Assembly (NCBI GenBank): GCA_964389675.1
Contig: CAYMEV010000010.1
Coordinates: 62,001 to 126,000 of the forward strand
Origin: an uncultured Candidatus Sumerlaeota bacterium
GTDB taxonomy: Bacteria > CAYMEV01
Direction: 5' to 3'
Length of the DNA stretch: 64,000 bases
Positions 59,331 to 64,000 of the stretch are shown here, in pieces (position 1 is the stretch's first letter; each line of letters opens with the position of its first letter). Below the pieces are notes generated by a model. That model saw nothing but the letters and a program-made list of their open reading frames with translations, was not told the origin of the DNA and searched no databases. A program made the translations under genes and the position numbers.

Positions 59331-62081
59331 TTGGGAAAAGGTATCGACAGTGCTGGCCTGCCAAATGAAAATAGAGACAGGGACCTTGCCGATCATAAAG
59401 ACCTTCTGGAGATTATATCAAGAATATCATTCCAGTTTATAAGCTCACCGTCTCAGGATATTGACCTGATTATTAATGATTCCCTGAAAAAGATCGGCAT
59501 TATGGAGAATATAGACAGGAGCTATATTTTCCTTTTTGATGATAAATTTGCAGATAATACTCATGAATGGTGCAATGCAGGCATCAGGCCCCTTAAAAAC
59601 AGCCTGCAGAGGATTCCTCTTGAATCCATGCCATGGTGCACAGGGCAATTAAAAAAGTATAATATTATATATATTCCCGATGTATCCGGACTGGTTCAAT
59701 CACCTTACCATGAAAAATCGATCCTGGAAAAGCAGGGTATCAAATCGATACTCATAATTCCAATGATGTTTCAGAACAGGCTTGTAGGATTTCTTGGATT
59801 TGATTCAGTAAAGAGAAACAAATACTGGAGAGAGGATATTATACGGTTTTTAAGGCTGCTTGGCGATATAGTTATCAATACTGTTGAAAGAAGCAAAATG
59901 CAGGGTAGCCTTATCAGGGCAAATAAAAACCTTAAAACAGAGATATCAAAAGCTACAAAAAGGCTTATCAGCGTCAATAAGAGCCTTGAAGAAGAAATCA
60001 ACGAGAGAAGGCAGGTTGAACATAAGATCCTGACCAGGGATAAAAGGCTTATTAATCAGAATGCCTTTATCCTTGACCTTATATCAGGCGAGTCTGTTTA
60101 CAGGAAGGACCTTAAAGAGGCCTATAATCTGATCACACGCATTACAGCAGATATTATGAATACTGACAGGGTGAGCATATGGCTATTGAACGGCAATAAG
60201 GATGAACTTTCATGCCAGTGCATGTATAACCGGTTCAGGCAGGAAAATTTCTCTAAAATGAAACTCCGGAGCAAGGATAATCCCATATATTTTGACAGCC
60301 TTCTCAGGGGGAATATTATTAGGGCTGCTGATGCAGCAGGTGATCCTATTACAAAATCCTTCCAGAATGCCTATTTTTCAAAAGACAATAATGTAAAATC
60401 CCTTCTTGATTGCCCGATCTTTCTGAATAATGATGTAATAGGCCTTTTATCCGTACATACACTGCAGGAGAAAACAGGCTGGTCAAATGAAGATATAAAT
60501 TTTGTCACATCATTGGCTGCCATTATCTCACTCTGTATTGAGAACAGGGAGAGGCAGAAAGCGCAGAAGGAACTTACAGAAAGTGAGGTTAAATATAAGC
60601 TTCTTTTTGACGGGTCTGTTGACAGCATCTTTATTCTGGAAAATGACAGGTTTATTGAATGCAATGCGGCTACAGAGAAAATGTTCCTCTGCAGGAGAAG
60701 TGAAATTCTTGGGAAAAGCCCTTTTGATTTTTCACCTGACAAACAGCCTGACGGCAGTTCATCAAAGGAAAAGGGGCTGGAAATGATCAGACTGGCATAT
60801 GAAGGCCAGCATCAGGTATTCGAATGGACACACTGCAGGCTTGATAAGACACAGTTTGTTTCAGAAATAAGCCTCAAAAAATTTGAACTTTATGGAAAAA
60901 CACTGCTTCAGGCAGTAGTAAGGGACATTACGGAAAATAAAAACCTCCAGAAAAGGCTTTTTACGACTCAGAAGCTGGAAAGCCTGGGAAAGCTTGCCGG
61001 AGGAATAGCACATGATTTTAATAATATACTTGGAGTCATAATGGGATATGCATCCATCCTGGCGCCGAAGATATCCAGTGACGGGCAGATGACAAAATAC
61101 CTTAATTCCATTATCAATGAATCAAAGAGGGCATCAGAGCTCATAAGAAGGCTTCTGGCATTTTCCCAGGGAGGAAGTACTGAATTCAGGGTATTTGATC
61201 TCTCAGCTCTGATCAGCGAGATTTCTGACATAATAAAACATACTTTCGATAAGAATATATCCTTCCACTGCAATATGCCCAAAAAAAATATACTAATTAA
61301 CGGGGATTACACTCAGCTGCACCAGGTTTTTATGAATATTGTCATAAATGCAAGGGATGCAATGCCGAACGGCGGAATTCTCACCATTGACGGAAAGATC
61401 GTAAATGGCATAAATAACAAGGGCCAGAGGCTTGCTGACTCTGAGGAGGATTATATAAAGATCTGCATAAGAGACAGCGGAATCGGTATGGATAAACATA
61501 CGATGGATTGTATATTCGATCCTTTTTTCACAACAAAAAGGCCGGGCAAAGGAATAGGTCTGGGACTGTCTGCAGTCTATGGTATAGTAAATATCCATAA
61601 AGGTTTTATAGATGTTGAGAGCGAAAAGGATATAGGAACAGCCATAACTGTAATGCTTCCTGTCAGCAAAAATCTTCCCCTGCCGGACAGGGTCGAAAAA
61701 CCAGGGGAAAAGATCAAAAGCGGTACCGAGACAATTATGATCGTGGATGATGAAAAGGAAATACTCAATCTTTCCAGGGATATTTTTTCAATGCACGGCT
61801 ACAATGTCCTGCTTGCAAATGGAGGCAATGAAGCCGTTGATATGTACAAAAAAAACAATATTGACCTTGTGGTAATGGACATGATGATGCCAAAAATGAG
61901 CGGTAATGAGCTTTATTTCATATTAAAGGACATAAATCCGGATATAAGGGTAATTATCTCATCAGGTTTTTCAAAGGAAAGCATTTTAGAAACAATCCTT
62001 AAGGAAAAGAACTGCAGGTTCATTCAAAAGCCGTTCACTATAGACAGTCTCCTTTCTCTTGTAAGAGAATGCCTCGATTAA
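59331..62081 (+). CDS. Cytoplasmic hybrid sensor histidine kinase (GAF-GAF-PAS-HisKA-HATPase-REC)
   Basis: THEWC...GFLGFD GAF, second GAF, PAS SPDKQPDG, GGIAHDFNN, NARDAM, FDPFFTTK, GLGL and receiver VDDE..DMMMP..KPF. Confidence 0.93.
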   Translation: MGKGIDSAGLPNENRDRDLADHKDLLEIISRISFQFISSPSQDIDLIINDSLKKIGIMENIDRSYIFLFDDKFADNTHEWCNAGIRPLKNSLQRIPLESMPWCTGQLKKYNIIYIPDVSGLVQSPYHEKSILEKQGIKSILIIPMMFQNRLVGFLGFDSVKRNKYWREDIIRFLRLLGDIVINTVERSKMQGSLIRANKNLKTEISKATKRLISVNKSLEEEINERRQVEHKILTRDKRLINQNAFILDLISGESVYRKDLKEAYNLITRITADIMNTDRVSIWLLNGNKDELSCQCMYNRFRQENFSKMKLRSKDNPIYFDSLLRGNIIRAADAAGDPITKSFQNAYFSKDNNVKSLLDCPIFLNNDVIGLLSVHTLQEKTGWSNEDINFVTSLAAIISLCIENRERQKAQKELTESEVKYKLLFDGSVDSIFILENDRFIECNAATEKMFLCRRSEILGKSPFDFSPDKQPDGSSSKEKGLEMIRLAYEGQHQVFEWTHCRLDKTQFVSEISLKKFELYGKTLLQAVVRDITENKNLQKRLFTTQKLESLGKLAGGIAHDFNNILGVIMGYASILAPKISSDGQMTKYLNSIINESKRASELIRRLLAFSQGGSTEFRVFDLSALISEISDIIKHTFDKNISFHCNMPKKNILINGDYTQLHQVFMNIVINARDAMPNGGILTIDGKIVNGINNKGQRLADSEEDYIKICIRDSGIGMDKHTMDCIFDPFFTTKRPGKGIGLGLSAVYGIVNIHKGFIDVESEKDIGTAITVMLPVSKNLPLPDRVEKPGEKIKSGTETIMIVDDEKEILNLSRDIFSMHGYNVLLANGGNEAVDMYKKNNIDLVVMDMMMPKMSGNELYFILKDINPDIRVIISSGFSKESILETILKEKNCRFIQKPFTIDSLLSLVRECLD

Positions 62082-62239
62082 TCAGCCCATGCCGTCTTCC
62101 TGTTGAAGCCCAGTATAGGCATAAGCTTCTTTGAATTCAGAATGCATGGCTGTCCTTTTACATTAATAAAGCAGTGACAGCATGGAATCAGCGCGCTGGC
62201 GGAAGCTGAAAGAATTACGATAAATAGAGCCTCTCAACC

Positions 62240-62268
62240 TTGATTTTTAAAGAATTTTGTGCTATAAT
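62240..62268 (+). promoter_or_regulatory. Putative sigma70 promoter of C25 peptidase
   Basis: TTGATT-17 nt-TATAAT with extended -10 TG. Confidence 0.55.
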
Positions 62269-62303
62269 ATTCCTCATAAAAATCAAATTAGAAGGAGATT
62301 TTA

Positions 62304-64000
62304 ATGAGGAAAAATAAGAGATTTTCAAGCCTGTTCTTATTATTGGTTCTGGCTTTTTCAGTTTTATCATTTGGCAGTCAGCTGCCAGGAGAAGGCTGGG
62401 TGACAATGGATGACCAGACAGGTGAAGCTTCACGTTCTCCCTATATAAGGATTCTTGACAGAAAGCCAGGCAGTATAGTCCTGCAGATTGACCTTTCAGG
62501 ATTTTATGTTACCCAGGAAGTGATCTTGAAAGAAGGGATCTCTGAAGAAACAGAGGAGTATGTGAAACTCAGGGAAAGAAGCGGGAAAAGATTTATAAGG
62601 CTGTCTGTTCCCGGAACAGTCTCTTTAAGCGAGGTTGGAAAACCTGAACTGCCTCAGTTCGGCAGGATGCTGCATCTGCCTGTAGATGCCAGATCAACCT
62701 TTAAGATAACAAGTATTGAAACCGAGGAATTCCATGACTGCCTGGTCTACCCCGTCCAGGAGATGCCTAACAGGAGCAACCCCGGCCAGAAGATCCCGTT
62801 TGGAATAGATAAGGGTTTTTATGACAGGGATGGCATTTATCCGGAAAATATAGTTTCAGTTGACAGTGAAGGCATATTCAGGGATATCTTCATTGCCAGG
62901 ATCGGGATCAGGCCTCTTCAGTACAACCCTAAGAGCATGACACTGAAGGTTCATAAAAGCATTACAGTTGAGATAGAATATGACTCGCCAGGCCCTGATA
63001 AATTTATATATGGTATGCCTACCTCAGCTGCATTTATTCCATTATATAAATCCCTTACCCTTAATTATACCGATGACAGCAAAAACAATGCTGATACTGC
63101 AGAATCAATGATAGTTTTTGTTGCAGATACTCTTTCCTCATCTATTGACCCGTTTGTTGAATGGAAGAAAAAGAAGGGCTTTTACGTCGAGAAGGTTCTT
63201 ATGTCAGATGTTGGAGCGAATACCACATCCATATACAACTATATCAAGGATGCATATGATTCATGGCCTAAGAAGCCTTCATATGTTGTATTTGTTGGAA
63301 ATGCCACTACTATTCCTCCCTACTACCGTTCAACCACCAATGGCAGTGCAGCTTCTGATTATCCATACAGCCTTATGGACAGCGATCAGTACCCTGATGT
63401 TCTTATAGGAAGGATTGTGGCCTCTACAACTGCCCAGGTTGATGTTCAGGTTGCAAAGATTGTGAATTATGAGCAGAATCCTTATTTAGGAACAGATTCA
63501 GCATGGTACTCCAGGGCTTTCGGGATTGCAAGCAATGAGGGGAGCAATCCGTCCGACGAGGATTATATAAATGATGTTGCAGATTATTTACTTAACGGGA
63601 CTTACACAGACTTTGATTACTTCTTTCAGGGGTCAAATACTGCAACAGCAACAAATATTTCAAATGCAATCAATTCCGGCAGATCCTATGCAACTTATAT
63701 AGGCCACGGATCAGGAACCAGCTGGGCCAGCACAAACACAACCTTCAGTACTACAACAATAAAAAACCTTTCAAACGGGTTCAAGCTTCCGATAATCATT
63801 GATGTCGCCTGTATGAACGGCCAGTTTGACAAGCTATCAGAGTGTTTTGGCGCAGCATGGATGTGGTCAGGCACTGCCTCAAGCCCAAAGGGTGCAGTAG
63901 GGTATTATGGCGGATCCGTTTCTATTTCATGGCATCCGCCTGCAATTATGTCCATAGGAATTGCAAAACACCATTTTGCAGACCCGGTATATACATTTGG
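62304..64000 (+). CDS. C25 (gingipain-family) cysteine peptidase with propeptide, 3' partial, not in ORF track
   Basis: RBS AAGGAG and signal peptide MRKNKRFSSLFLLLVLAFS. Propeptide G.PELP...PLQYNP. Catalytic domain FVEWKKKKG, SDYPYS, IGR, YEQNP, GHG (63702-63710) and DVACMNG (63801-63821). Confidence 0.9.
   Translation, partial: MRKNKRFSSLFLLLVLAFSVLSFGSQLPGEGWVTMDDQTGEASRSPYIRILDRKPGSIVLQIDLSGFYVTQEVILKEGISEETEEYVKLRERSGKRFIRLSVPGTVSLSEVGKPELPQFGRMLHLPVDARSTFKITSIETEEFHDCLVYPVQEMPNRSNPGQKIPFGIDKGFYDRDGIYPENIVSVDSEGIFRDIFIARIGIRPLQYNPKSMTLKVHKSITVEIEYDSPGPDKFIYGMPTSAAFIPLYKSLTLNYTDDSKNNADTAESMIVFVADTLSSSIDPFVEWKKKKGFYVEKVLMSDVGANTTSIYNYIKDAYDSWPKKPSYVVFVGNATTIPPYYRSTTNGSAASDYPYSLMDSDQYPDVLIGRIVASTTAQVDVQVAKIVNYEQNPYLGTDSAWYSRAFGIASNEGSNPSDEDYINDVADYLLNGTYTDFDYFFQGSNTATATNISNAINSGRSYATYIGHGSGTSWASTNTTFSTTTIKNLSNGFKLPIIIDVACMNGQFDKLSECFGAAWMWSGTASSPKGAVGYYGGSVSISWHPPAIMSIGIAKHHFADPVYTF

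Noticed and set aside
63118-63408. 96-aa plus-strand ORF in the track
   Set aside because: Out of frame within the C25 peptidase gene.
1-64000. CRISPR arrays, IS elements, prophage, tRNA/rRNA, recoded stop codons
   Set aside because: No regularly spaced repeats, transposase, integrase or phage motifs seen. Genes end at normal stops without signs of read-through.

Overview
An AT-rich bacterial chromosomal window, gene-dense, from a diderm organism (LPS heptose and lipid A genes) that is probably anaerobic. I saw no mobile elements, CRISPR arrays, rRNA or tRNA. Housekeeping content: a ClpA-like Hsp100 (5' partial), a minimal SufC/SufB-type (SMS) Fe-S system, a peroxiredoxin, an M20 amidohydrolase, a LarA-family protein, Nth, a DUF4912 + GH57 glycogen-branching pair, an OPT transporter, an EF-G paralog, lpxH, smpB-ssrA (tmRNA) and an amidase-GerMN-rph-ftsX-envC-S41-like-deacetylase-tsaD operon. 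It also holds a large LPS/surface-glycan cluster, two tandem secreted tricorn proteases, a hybrid histidine kinase and a gingipain-like C25 protease (3' partial, absent from the ORF track). The best novelty candidate is the tandem pair at 12725-14852: two ~345-aa paralogs with proteasome-beta/Ntn-hydrolase signatures. One keeps Thr1/Asp/Lys/GSG and looks active, the other has lost them, and both carry an insertion and a shared C-terminal domain ending FLRGYK. This suggests an undescribed two-subunit proteasome-like complex. Other points are an unannotated LysW-like zinc-ribbon ORF lacking EDWGE, several pseudoenzyme-like proteins, a triple Trm112-repeat protein and Phe/Gly/Met-rich inserts in one tricorn. 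All family calls come from motif recognition by eye, and no database search was run.
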